Positions 36,342 through 43,441 of a DNA stretch of 43,441 bases are shown here, one piece after another. The first letter of the stretch is position 1. The number at the start of each line of letters is the position of its first letter. The translations under genes were made by a program, and so were the position numbers. The DNA comes from Desulfosporosinus sp. (GTDB lineage: Bacteria; Bacillota; Desulfitobacteriia; Desulfitobacteriales; Desulfitobacteriaceae). The notes under the pieces are model-generated. The model had not been told where the DNA came from and did not search any database. It saw nothing but the letters and a program-made list of their open reading frames with translations. Where the stretch lies: NCBI GenBank assembly GCA_003132105.1, contig PKWS01000193.1, forward strand, positions 1-43,441. The letters are read 5' to 3'.

Positions 36342-36857
36342 TTATGCTGATTGTTGCACCGGATCGATCACTGAAGCAGGATCAGTAGCAGTGACTTCCG
36401 GTGGCGTTGGAGGTATTGGCACCGGAACTACTGCCAGAACAGGTTCCTTCTGCTTCATCACGTAAACGGCAGCCTCTGCAGTATTTCTAATAGTCTGCTC
36501 TAATTCCGGCGTAACCTCATGACCAGTAAGTTTTATCATATCTACCGCATATTGAGTGGCCTGTTCTTTGCGCAGATCCGGGGGAAGTTGACCTGAATTA
36601 TATAGTTGCTGTGCGGAATGTACTCCAGCCTGTGTGACCTTAAGGATCATATCAATAATACTCTCGATGGGTGCAGGGATAAAAGACTTGAGCGCGGTAT
36701 TAGCTTCTGATGCAGTGTCCACAATGGCGCCAGCTACCTGCAGTTGTTTACCTGGGTCCTTGCCTTGCTTGACTAATACCTGAATCCCAAACATCATCCC
36801 GAAGAAACATACTAGGGACAGGACTGCGATCAATAACATCATGGTTTGAACATCCAT
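36342..36857 (-). CDS. LL-H-family holin
   Basis: N-terminal TM helix; V.SAQQLY, RK..A and EAAV motifs; in lysis module. Confidence 0.75.
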   Translation of the reverse strand: MDVQTMMLLIAVLSLVCFFGMMFGIQVLVKQGKDPGKQLQVAGAIVDTASEANTALKSFIPAPIESIIDMILKVTQAGVHSAQQLYNSGQLPPDLRKEQATQYAVDMIKLTGHEVTPELEQTIRNTAEAAVYVMKQKEPVLAVVPVPIPPTPPEVTATDPASVIDPVQQSA

Positions 36858-36910
36858 TTTTAGTTCCCCTTTCTTTTTTGGGCAAAATTAAAAGCAGGCC
36901 ATTCCCCTGC

Positions 36911-37063
36911 TTAATCAATGAATATAAGCTTTACTCTTCCTCCACACTTGCTACATGTAGTTGAATAAACAGTCCAGTTTTCATTACTCTTTTCCTTGTC
37001 TGGCTCTTGCATATGACCGCACGATTCACATTTATGCTCATACTCTATCTTTGGTTTTTTCAC
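36911..37063 (-). CDS. 50-aa Zn-ribbon protein (not in ORF track)
   Basis: YEHKCESCGH...CSKCGG; GTG start. Confidence 0.6.
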   Translation of the reverse strand: MKKPKIEYEHKCESCGHMQEPDKEKSNENWTVYSTTCSKCGGRVKLIFID

Positions 37064-37111
37064 ATCTCTTTCTTCCCTTTCATTTTGGCAACCGCTTGCC
37101 GATTTAAACCT

Positions 37112-37417
37112 TTAATCTACCTCTGGCAATTCTACCGTTTGGCCAGAAAGTCCGTGGGTTGAATCCGAGAGAAACTGAATCTTGCCATCGGTTATAAAGC
37201 TATGGCAAACAGTGTTATTTGCCCCATGACGAACCAATATCGAAGGACTCAATGTTGGCTTTTCCTCATCACCGTTGAATACCCATGCAACTCCATCACC
37301 ATTACTGGGTTTAGTAACGGGCATGGCGTGGTGCTCATCACAGCCTGGACACCATATCCAAACCATCGAATAGTCACCCCTGCTATCCGTGCATCCTCTT
37401 AGTTTTGCTTTTGGCAT
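37112..37417 (-). CDS. DUF6527-like Cys/His protein
   Basis: WCPGC..HH, W.FNG..EKPTLSPSI and CHSFITDGKI motifs. Confidence 0.65.
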   Translation of the reverse strand: MPKAKLRGCTDSRGDYSMVWIWCPGCDEHHAMPVTKPSNGDGVAWVFNGDEEKPTLSPSILVRHGANNTVCHSFITDGKIQFLSDSTHGLSGQTVELPEVD

Positions 37418-37431
37418 TGCCCATCACTTCC

Positions 37432-38268
37432 CTACCCTAAATACTTACTGACCACTGCAACCGTGTCATATTTGGTATTCCCCGACAACAAAGTCTCGTT
37501 CACATGCCCCGTAGAAGCCCCGCCAATGACAAACAAGTGCTTCGCCTTAAGTGCGTCTGCCGGAACAACTCGCGTGGCACCTTGCCTAACAAACATGGCT
37601 ATTCCAGCGTTTTTAGCGCTCACATCTTTAGCCGCCCAGTAGTCCTCATCGCTGAACATCAAGATTGCATCGTTCACAACGTCTTCCTCCTTTCCCTTAG
37701 CTGTAACGCTTACCCCGAAGTTATCCCCGATCCCCTGAGCAATCGTCAAGGCTGCCTGATCCATCTTGGCCAAGATCGTGGCTTCCTCTGAATTAATAAA
37801 ACCGTACTCAACGAGCACGGCCGGCATATCGGTCCACTTGCACACATACCACCCGGCGAACTTCACTCCACGGTCTACCATGTCTAACTGCGTTGCCATA
37901 CGTGAGCAGATCGCTTTGGCTAGTTTCTCCCCTTCTCCGCCTGCAGCTACAGCATAGACTTCGTTACCGTAAGCGTTTCCGGTACATGAGTTGTCGTGAA
38001 AAGCTACGAATACCTTACCGCCCAGGTCATTGGCCACTGCCACCCGATTCTTCAGGTCCAGATTTTCGTTATAATACGCCCCATTGCAAAAGTCTTTGTC
38101 AGTGTCTCGGGTAAACTTCACGCGGAATCCCCCAGTTGCATCTAAGTACGCCGCGGTCTTCTTTGCCAGCACAAGGACGTTATCCTTTTCCTTGGTCGTC
38201 GGCCCTACTGCTCCCGGATCCGTGCCACCGTGTCCAGGGTCGAAGATTAGATCGATTAAATCATTCAC
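37432..38268 (-). CDS. Endolysin, N-acetylmuramoyl-L-alanine amidase (Amidase_3)
   Basis: DPGHGGTDPGA, EK, FH.N and PAVLVEYGFI motifs; C-terminal LSG..KYDT wall-binding-like region. Confidence 0.93.
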   Translation of the reverse strand: MNDLIDLIFDPGHGGTDPGAVGPTTKEKDNVLVLAKKTAAYLDATGGFRVKFTRDTDKDFCNGAYYNENLDLKNRVAVANDLGGKVFVAFHDNSCTGNAYGNEVYAVAAGGEGEKLAKAICSRMATQLDMVDRGVKFAGWYVCKWTDMPAVLVEYGFINSEEATILAKMDQAALTIAQGIGDNFGVSVTAKGKEEDVVNDAILMFSDEDYWAAKDVSAKNAGIAMFVRQGATRVVPADALKAKHLFVIGGASTGHVNETLLSGNTKYDTVAVVSKYLG

Positions 38269-38281
38269 GTTATATCACCTC

Positions 38282-38530
38282 TCATTTAAAAATTGCCAAC
38301 GCCGCAATTCCTGCACAAATAATGGCCCCGACGACTGTCCGCCAGAGCCATGTGTTATTTGCTTCTAACTTGTCGATGCGGTGTGTATTGGATTTTGACC
38401 TCGACTCTGTCTCTATGCCCTTGGCTTCGATGCCATCGACTTTCTTACCTAAGTCGCCCTGAGCATCCTGTTTTGTTTCGATCCGGACTAAACGCTCGCG
38501 GATGTCCATCAATACTCCTTGATCGTCCAT
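38282..38530 (-). CDS. xhlA: XhlA-family lysis protein
   Basis: ERLVRIETK, HRIDKLE.N.TWLWRT..GA and C-terminal TM. Confidence 0.85.
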   Translation of the reverse strand: MDDQGVLMDIRERLVRIETKQDAQGDLGKKVDGIEAKGIETESRSKSNTHRIDKLEANNTWLWRTVVGAIICAGIAALAIFK

Positions 38531-38576
38531 TAACACACCTTCTTTCACCTCTTTTGCTTGCTACCTTTAAATTGAA

Positions 38577-38636
38577 GCCCGGGGCGCCCTACTTCGCTGT
38601 CACCTCCTACAGCTTTTCAGGCTTAGATTCCCGGGC
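38577..38636 (-). ncRNA. Candidate structured RNA in the lysis leader
   Basis: Nested stems GCCCGGG/CCCGGGC, GCCU/GGGC and GCUGU/ACAGC, with a GAA/AGUA internal loop and AGGAGGUG apical loop. Confidence 0.4.
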
Positions 38637-38637
38637 A

Positions 38638-38665
38638 TAAAAATAACCGTCGATTGACGGTAAAA
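38638..38665 (-). terminator. Terminator-like hairpin
   Basis: ACCGTC/GACGGT stem followed by a T-rich tract on the minus strand. Confidence 0.55.
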
Positions 38666-38692
38666 TAAACTTGGAATATTGCCTTTTATCCC

Positions 38693-38722
38693 TTGTATTG
38701 TACTGCATATTGCGGTACAATA
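38693..38722 (+). promoter_or_regulatory. Sigma-A promoter overlapped by a 27-bp palindrome
   Basis: TTGTAT-N17-TACAAT; TATTGTACTGCA-tat-TGCGGTACAATA (38696-38722). Confidence 0.7.
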
Positions 38723-38745
38723 GTATTAATAAAGGAGGTTTTCTT

Positions 38746-39030
38746 ATGGAAAGACTAGGGGGTAAACATATTTGTGGAGATTACAATTCTTTAGGGGAAT
38801 TATGGGACGGAACTTATCCAGCAATTAACTTCACCGTCCTACAAAAAACGGGTGAAAGGGTTGAACTGTGGTTAGAATCAGAAAACGTATACACTCTTTT
38901 CCATGCTAACAAGGAGTTATCACGAACCAAAACAACTAAAGGTGGTAGAGTGGCATACTTAAGAATGATCAAAAAGGTTAGAAAGGAGATGTTGAATTGC
39001 CAACTTCAAGGCCTGGTCAAGCAAGCATAA
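38746..39030 (+). CDS. Hypothetical protein (94 aa)
   Basis: ATG38746 follows AAGGAGG and the promoter. Confidence 0.7.
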   Translation: MERLGGKHICGDYNSLGELWDGTYPAINFTVLQKTGERVELWLESENVYTLFHANKELSRTKTTKGGRVAYLRMIKKVRKEMLNCQLQGLVKQA

Positions 39031-39167
39031 CGGTCAGATGCTCCACCGAAGACAAGGAGACCATAACAAAAAAATGGAAGGCTTATGGATTCAAGAGTGA
39101 AAGCGAGTATGTCAGGTTCGTTGCATTGAATGCCATGATATCCGTTAGCGTGAACAAGCCGGAGTAA
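38997..39167 (+). CDS. 56-aa ribbon-helix-helix protein (not in ORF track)
   Basis: TTG after AAGGAG; SITVRCSTEDKETITKKWKAYGFKSESEYVRFVALN fits the RHH pattern. Confidence 0.7.
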   Translation: MPTSRPGQASITVRCSTEDKETITKKWKAYGFKSESEYVRFVALNAMISVSVNKPE

Positions 39168-39213
39168 CATTAAAAGCCAGCCGGGGCCAATACCGGCGAA
39201 GGGAGGAATAAAC

Positions 39214-39474
39214 ATGTCCAAAGAATGTACCTTCGAGGATCTACCTGAAAAACTCCAAAAGCGTATCTCTGATTTGGGATCATCTCTCGGTGACAGGGGG
39301 AAGATTGAGATACTACGATGCGTCGTCGACGGCCACCACAGTGCTGAATGCTTTATCAATGATGGATCGCTAATTGGGCTCTACCGACAGAGTTGGGATG
39401 AAGTTCATTGCACATGGCTAAATAATTATGACATCGAATTTTTACACAACGCAATACAAAGCACCCGTCCATAG
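39214..39474 (+). CDS. Hypothetical protein
   Basis: GGGAGG RBS. Confidence 0.65.
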   Translation: MSKECTFEDLPEKLQKRISDLGSSLGDRGKIEILRCVVDGHHSAECFINDGSLIGLYRQSWDEVHCTWLNNYDIEFLHNAIQSTRP

Positions 39475-39569
39475 TCTGCCCGACCGAACGAGTGCTTACA
39501 TCATGACACCGGAGTGCCAAGGACATTATACCATGGCACTCCGGACAAAAGAAAGAGGAGTGGATTACC

Positions 39570-40574
39570 ATGACACAATTGCTCAGCTCCACTGCAGAAA
39601 TCATGCTCGAGCAAATAACAGACTCAATTTTTATACTTTGCCCCAATGTGGACAAGCCAGAGTTACATCAAAGCATTTCAATCATCCTTTCCCAGTATGA
39701 CGTTAAGCCAGCCTTGGTTGCTAGCGGGCACCCGGACTTATGGCAGAAGATAAAACTGTTCCTGGCTGGGAAAAGGCTTGAAGGGATCAGCCCATTAACC
39801 CTTAAAGGATATGAACTAGAACTTCGGATCTTCTCAAGGCACGTTCCAAAAGCCACCAGTGAGATCACCACTGCGGATATCCGAATCTACTTAAGTGAAT
39901 TTGAACGTCTTAAAACATCTTCAATATCCAAGCGGTTATCAGTTCTCAAGAGTATGTTTGGTTGGCTTACCGCGGAGGGAATAATCCTCAAAGATGTGAC
40001 AAAACAAATCAAGCCGCCGAAGAAAGAACAGCGGGTGCCAAAAGCCTTGACCATCGAAGAGTTGGAGATGATTAGGGAAGCCTGTGCTTCACCAAGAGAA
40101 AGGGCACTCGTAGAAGTCCTTTATGCCACGGGTGGAAGGCTAAGCGAGATCCAGAAGATGAACCGCGGAGATATTAACTATCAGTCCATGTCGGTGCTGG
40201 TAGTTGGCAAGGGCAATAAGGAAAGGCCAGTTTATTTTAGCTTTAAAGCGCTATATCATCTTAAAAAATACCTCATGCGCCGCACTGATACCGTTGACGC
40301 CTTGTTTGTTACCGAGAGGAAGCCTTATCGTAGGCTCTCCGATAGAGGGATTCAGCGCGAGGTTAAGATCATCGCTGATCGTAGCGAGGTCAAGAAAAAC
40401 GTACATCCACATATATTCCGACATACCTTTGCAACTTTGATGTTGAATAACGGTGCGGATCTGGTAGCGGTCCAGGGATTACTCGGTCACTCCGATCCTG
40501 GAACAACGCAGATATATGCGACTCTAACTGACGAACGTCGGAAGCAATCACATCACCAATATTTGGTCCAATAA
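39570..40574 (+). CDS. XerC/D-like tyrosine recombinase
   Basis: SAM-like N-domain (SPLTLKGY), TGGRLSE, GKGNKER, HPHIFRH, LGH and TTQIY motifs; no arm-binding domain. Confidence 0.93.
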   Translation: MTQLLSSTAEIMLEQITDSIFILCPNVDKPELHQSISIILSQYDVKPALVASGHPDLWQKIKLFLAGKRLEGISPLTLKGYELELRIFSRHVPKATSEITTADIRIYLSEFERLKTSSISKRLSVLKSMFGWLTAEGIILKDVTKQIKPPKKEQRVPKALTIEELEMIREACASPRERALVEVLYATGGRLSEIQKMNRGDINYQSMSVLVVGKGNKERPVYFSFKALYHLKKYLMRRTDTVDALFVTERKPYRRLSDRGIQREVKIIADRSEVKKNVHPHIFRHTFATLMLNNGADLVAVQGLLGHSDPGTTQIYATLTDERRKQSHHQYLVQ

Positions 40575-40615
40575 ACCGTTTACGTGATATATTAATGTTG
40601 ATAGGAGGTCTGACT

Positions 40616-41035
40616 ATGAGTAGAAAGATAAATTTTAGGGCTTGGGACAAGAAAAATAAGTATATGTTTTATGCTGGTTCCTTAAGTGGTGTTGGAGATT
40701 TCTACATGGCTCGTTATGAAGACAAAACTTGTGATGGCGAAGAGTTCTATAATCGCTTTTCTGGTGTTGATTACGAATGGCTACAAGGTACAGGGATGCA
40801 AAGCGCAAATAATCGTGACATATTCGACGGAGATATCGTAAAGGATGATAGTAACATTGCTATAGTCAGGTTTGGTAAATACCAGGCAAACAACAACCGC
40901 ATATACAGCAATGAAGTGGCATACGGTTTTTACCTAGAATATTTATCCCATAAGGGAGTAATTGACCATGCCACAAAGCTGGAATACTACGATGTCATAG
41001 GAAATATTTACGAAAATCCTGAACTAATTAGTTAA
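40616..41035 (+). CDS. YopX-family protein
   Basis: INFRAWDK, Q.TG, IFDGDIV and VIGNIYENPEL motifs. Confidence 0.9.
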   Translation: MSRKINFRAWDKKNKYMFYAGSLSGVGDFYMARYEDKTCDGEEFYNRFSGVDYEWLQGTGMQSANNRDIFDGDIVKDDSNIAIVRFGKYQANNNRIYSNEVAYGFYLEYLSHKGVIDHATKLEYYDVIGNIYENPELIS

Positions 41036-41041
41036 AACTTA

Positions 41042-41070
41042 GCCCCTGGTCATCACGATCAGGGGCATTT
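41042..41070. terminator. Terminator hairpin
   Basis: GCCCCTGGTC/GATCAGGGGC stem after yopX. Confidence 0.7.
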
Positions 41071-41194
41071 CTCTGCCTAAAATTACATACTCAGTCTGTC
41101 GCATAATGCGTCTGCTATGGATTATATCTACAAACCAGTGATACCAAGGGTTTCAGCGTGTTTTCAAGGCTTAATATTTGATTATGCGACATAA

Positions 41195-41425
41195 CTAACG
41201 CGCAAACCTACCCTTTAAAGGTATGCCCGTCCACCATCTTTCGTTAGTGCAATCAGTCTTTAACCATTGTGTAGCCCCAGTTTTTCTTATTTCGTCATGG
41301 AAGTCTCTTACTTCTTTTCTTTGATGATCATAGGGGTATTCCATGAGATTTGCTAAGGTATCAATGGCTCTTTCTTGGGTGCCAAAATAAATATCGTAGT
41401 TGGTCAGGTGTTCCGACATGCCCAT
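41195..41425 (-). CDS. Hypothetical protein
   Basis: GGGGG RBS; stop codon abuts a repeat site. Confidence 0.65.
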   Translation of the reverse strand: MGMSEHLTNYDIYFGTQERAIDTLANLMEYPYDHQRKEVRDFHDEIRKTGATQWLKTDCTNERWWTGIPLKGRFAR

Positions 41426-41579
41426 ACCCCCAAAACAAAGACACCCCGTAGGGTGCCATTACTTAATCCTCTTTTCCCATCTAATTCTCGCCGACTCCGG
41501 GGGCTGCACAACTTCAAAATCCTCTAGGTTGATCTTTGTTTCGCCAGACCCACTTTGGAGAAAACTATCGGGAGAGCAC

Positions 41580-41755
41580 CTACTTTTTCTTACTTTTTGC
41601 CTTTTCAGCTTCGGCTTCTCTTTCATCTTCGATAAACTCCTTCATCTTTTGGCGTTCACCCAGGGAGAAACCCGAATGCCTTTTTTGCCAGCGTAATTGC
41701 AGAACTCATCATATACGCCTGGCTCCAAGGTGACGTTTACCGCTTGTCTCACCAA
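41580..41755 (-). pseudogene. RHH-like gene split by a frameshift in an A run
   Basis: VRQAVNVTLEPGVYDEFCNYAGKKGIRVSPWVNAK, then MKEFIEDE... in a shifted frame at about 41645. Confidence 0.5.
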
Positions 41756-41855
41756 CACAACCACCCCCAATGGGGTAATTATATACCTAGAAGTGTGGCT
41801 TGGGTTGCTTATGCTTATTCATGCGCGTAACTGCGCATAATGCGTCTATTGCGCG

Positions 41856-41993
41856 CTAAGCAATGTACGCTTGACCCGTGATCGCCAAGAATTGATCCGC
41901 TGTAATCTTACCCTTTGCCACAAAAACCTTAACTTGGTCAACAGTGTAATACCCTGCATTGTAATAGTCAGAAACAATTTTAAGCCAGTTCAT
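41856..41993 (-). CDS. xkdX: XkdX-family protein (45 aa, not in ORF track)
   Basis: MNWLKIVSDYYNAGYYT..QVKVFVAKGKITADQF..ITGQAY. Confidence 0.9.
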   Translation of the reverse strand: MNWLKIVSDYYNAGYYTVDQVKVFVAKGKITADQFLAITGQAYIA

Positions 41994-41994
41994 A

Positions 41995-42255
41995 TTACAT
42001 CAACCCTCCCATCACAAGGGCTAATAGCATAGCCGCCTGTTCTTGCTCTGATTGATTAAGTTTCTCATCATCGTTTAGAGGGCGATCAACATAGTTATAG
42101 GATAAAACTTTAGTTGTAGGGTCGATAACTAGCACAGCATCTTTCCCTACTTGTTGCTCTGGCGTTGGCATTTCCTGCCCGTCAAGTTGACTTATTATGG
42201 TTCCATCTAGAAATGACCCAACAACTTTATTATCAGAGTCACTTAAAATAATCAT
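41995..42255 (-). CDS. Tail-fibre-associated small protein (XkdW position)
   Basis: Between the fibre and xkdX; YNYVDRP...EQEQA.MLL.L C-terminus. Confidence 0.7.
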   Translation of the reverse strand: MIILSDSDNKVVGSFLDGTIISQLDGQEMPTPEQQVGKDAVLVIDPTTKVLSYNYVDRPLNDDEKLNQSEQEQAAMLLALVMGGLM

Positions 42256-42273
42256 TTATAGCACGTCCTTTCA

Positions 42274-43431
42274 TTACCATTGAATATAGACGGCACCAGC
42301 GCCACCATTGCCGCCGATATAGGTGCTAGTTGAACCACCGCCACCAGCACCTCCGCCACCGGGGGCGTTTCCGGTTCCACCAGAACCAGCAATTCCAGCA
42401 CTACCAGCACCGCCAGCACCGCCTGGAATAATTGCATAACTTGCGGCAATACCGCCAGAACCCGCCGTAGTAGTATTACCATTTCCACCAGCACCACCAT
42501 TTCCACCAGCACCGCCACCAGCTCCGCCCCCGGAATTCGTGCCAGTACCACCAGTACCACCAGCAAAACATCCAATATAAGGTGAACTAATAGGCGCAAT
42601 TCCACCGACACCCCCGACACTTGCACCAGTTCCGGTTGTAGCACTACCACCGTTAGCGGTTAATGATCCGAATGATGAAACACCGCCGGGATTTCCCGCA
42701 CTATAAACAGCACCACCATTACCACCTGTACCAACAACGACGCTAACTGTACTTCCCGGTGTAACGGTTGCCCATCCTGACGTGCACGCACCAGCACCAC
42801 CGCCACCTGTACCGGCAGATGCGCCTGAACCTCCAGAGCCTCCAGCACCCGCGCCAATCATGGTTGCTAAAACCCGCGTTACTCCTATTGGAACTGTCCA
42901 TGAATATGTCCCCGGAGTTGTCCACGAAGTGTTACCTGCTGACGGGTTAACTGCCGCAACTTTACCCGAGGAAGTCAATCCGTCATAATACCCCTGTGGG
43001 ATTGCTTGGTCTACTCCACTTGGGTTCAATACTGTTGCACTGCCTACTTTAGTGGGCATTGATCCACCAACAACTCCACTAGGTGTTCCTACCGTGTACC
43101 CTGTCAGGACTTGGGGTTGTCCTGCTGTACCGTAATCACCTCCTTCACCCAGTAATTGAAAATTTCCGACACCAGCAGCAGCCGAAGCATTGAATCTTAG
43201 TCCTACTAGACAGTTTAAGGGCATTTTTCCTGCTATAAGAGCATTACCCTTGCTATCCACGATAGCCTTGGCGCCTAGACCACTCCAATTAAATGTACTA
43301 GCTCCTGTATTGGCAGCTATGACATTATCCAAATATACTGACATGCCATCTACCAAAGCTGTTGCTACCATTGCGCTAAACGTATAGGCATTGACGGCTC
43401 CTGTAGCTGGACCAAAAGCAGGGTTACGCAC
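42274..43431 (-). CDS. Glycine-rich tail fibre / receptor-binding protein, 5' part outside the window
   Basis: NTGAST segment, VLTG/IPQGYY repeat, TPGTYSWTVP.GVT and Gly-rich domain ending GGNGGAGAVYIQW. Confidence 0.85.
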   Translation of the reverse strand: MRNPAFGPATGAVNAYTFSAMVATALVDGMSVYLDNVIAANTGASTFNWSGLGAKAIVDSKGNALIAGKMPLNCLVGLRFNASAAAGVGNFQLLGEGGDYGTAGQPQVLTGYTVGTPSGVVGGSMPTKVGSATVLNPSGVDQAIPQGYYDGLTSSGKVAAVNPSAGNTSWTTPGTYSWTVPIGVTRVLATMIGAGAGGSGGSGASAGTGGGGAGACTSGWATVTPGSTVSVVVGTGGNGGAVYSAGNPGGVSSFGSLTANGGSATTGTGASVGGVGGIAPISSPYIGCFAGGTGGTGTNSGGGAGGGAGGNGGAGGNGNTTTAGSGGIAASYAIIPGGAGGAGSAGIAGSGGTGNAPGGGGAGGGGSTSTYIGGNGGAGAVYIQW

Positions 43432-43441
43432 ATAATCCGCC

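Larger units (their letters stand above)
41097..41858. repeat. Set of CGCATAAT-arm sites: 14-bp direct repeat CGCATAATGCGTCT (41100-41113, 41834-41847) and inverted TGTCGCATAAT (41097-41107, 41181-41191)
   Basis: Read directly; arms resemble the XerC arm GGTGCGCATAA. Confidence 0.75.
1..43441. mobile_element. Temperate tailed phage genome segment, attP-joined (excised/circular) arrangement; extends beyond both window ends
   Basis: Terminases, late activator, replication/recombination module, CI/Cro, tyrosine integrase, lysis and tail fibre genes; lysis module is contiguous with int across an att region; no host housekeeping genes. Confidence 0.95.

Noticed and set aside
38577-38636. Hammerhead ribozyme
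   Set aside because: CUGAAAA/GAAG deviate from the required CUGAnGA/GAAA core, and no convincing stem I/III.
39160-39205. Twister-like ribozyme
   Set aside because: Only a GCCGG/CCGGC hairpin; pseudoknot partners are missing and the 5' part is the RHH stop region.
41642-41644. Selenocysteine readthrough of TGA joining two small ORFs
   Set aside because: The RHH second helix is completed by the shifted frame (MKEFIE), not by the readthrough frame; no redox motif context.
42252-42650. 132-aa Val/Leu-rich ORF
   Set aside because: Alternative-frame shadow of the Gly-rich fibre codons.
42274-42870. DGR variable region or repeat array in the tail fibre
   Set aside because: Repeats are Gly/Ala codons; no reverse transcriptase or TR/VR pair in the window.
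39570-43441. Tail-fibre shufflon driven by the Xer-like recombinase
   Set aside because: No alternative fibre C-termini and no copy of the repeat sites seen in the visible fibre gene.
1-43441. tRNA, rRNA, IS transposase, cas or reverse transcriptase genes
   Set aside because: No recognisable signatures by eye; tRNAscan-SE and Infernal were not run.

Overview
The whole window is a temperate tailed-phage genome segment from a spore-forming Bacillota host (probably Clostridia; inferred from Spo0A-like, sigma-H-type and XkdX/XhlA features). Most genes are on the minus strand. From right to left the order is: Gly-rich tail fibre, XkdW/XkdX-like, a plus-strand insert with a second Xer-like tyrosine recombinase, lysis (XhlA, amidase, LL-H holin), a plus-strand accessory block, attP, integrase, CI/Cro/Xis/antirepressor, recombination and replication genes, late activator, terS and terL. 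Lysis genes are joined to the integrase across an att region with arm repeats on both sides, so this looks like the excised or circular form. Best leads: (1) a pilin-like + membrane-anchored M23 peptidase + VirB4/VirD4/HerA-type ATPase operon behind Spo0A-box-like, sigma-H-like and sigma-E-like signals, a candidate sporulation-coupled DNA-transfer or secretion machine; (2) a Xer-like recombinase beside CGCATAAT-arm sites that abut gene stops and bracket a 734-bp cassette; (3) the immunity operator motif repeated at attP; (4) stand-alone RNAP alpha-CTD and Spo0A-CTD mimics; (5) a dif-like site and a RepL-like gene between terS and terL. All family calls come from motif recognition by eye; no searches were run.
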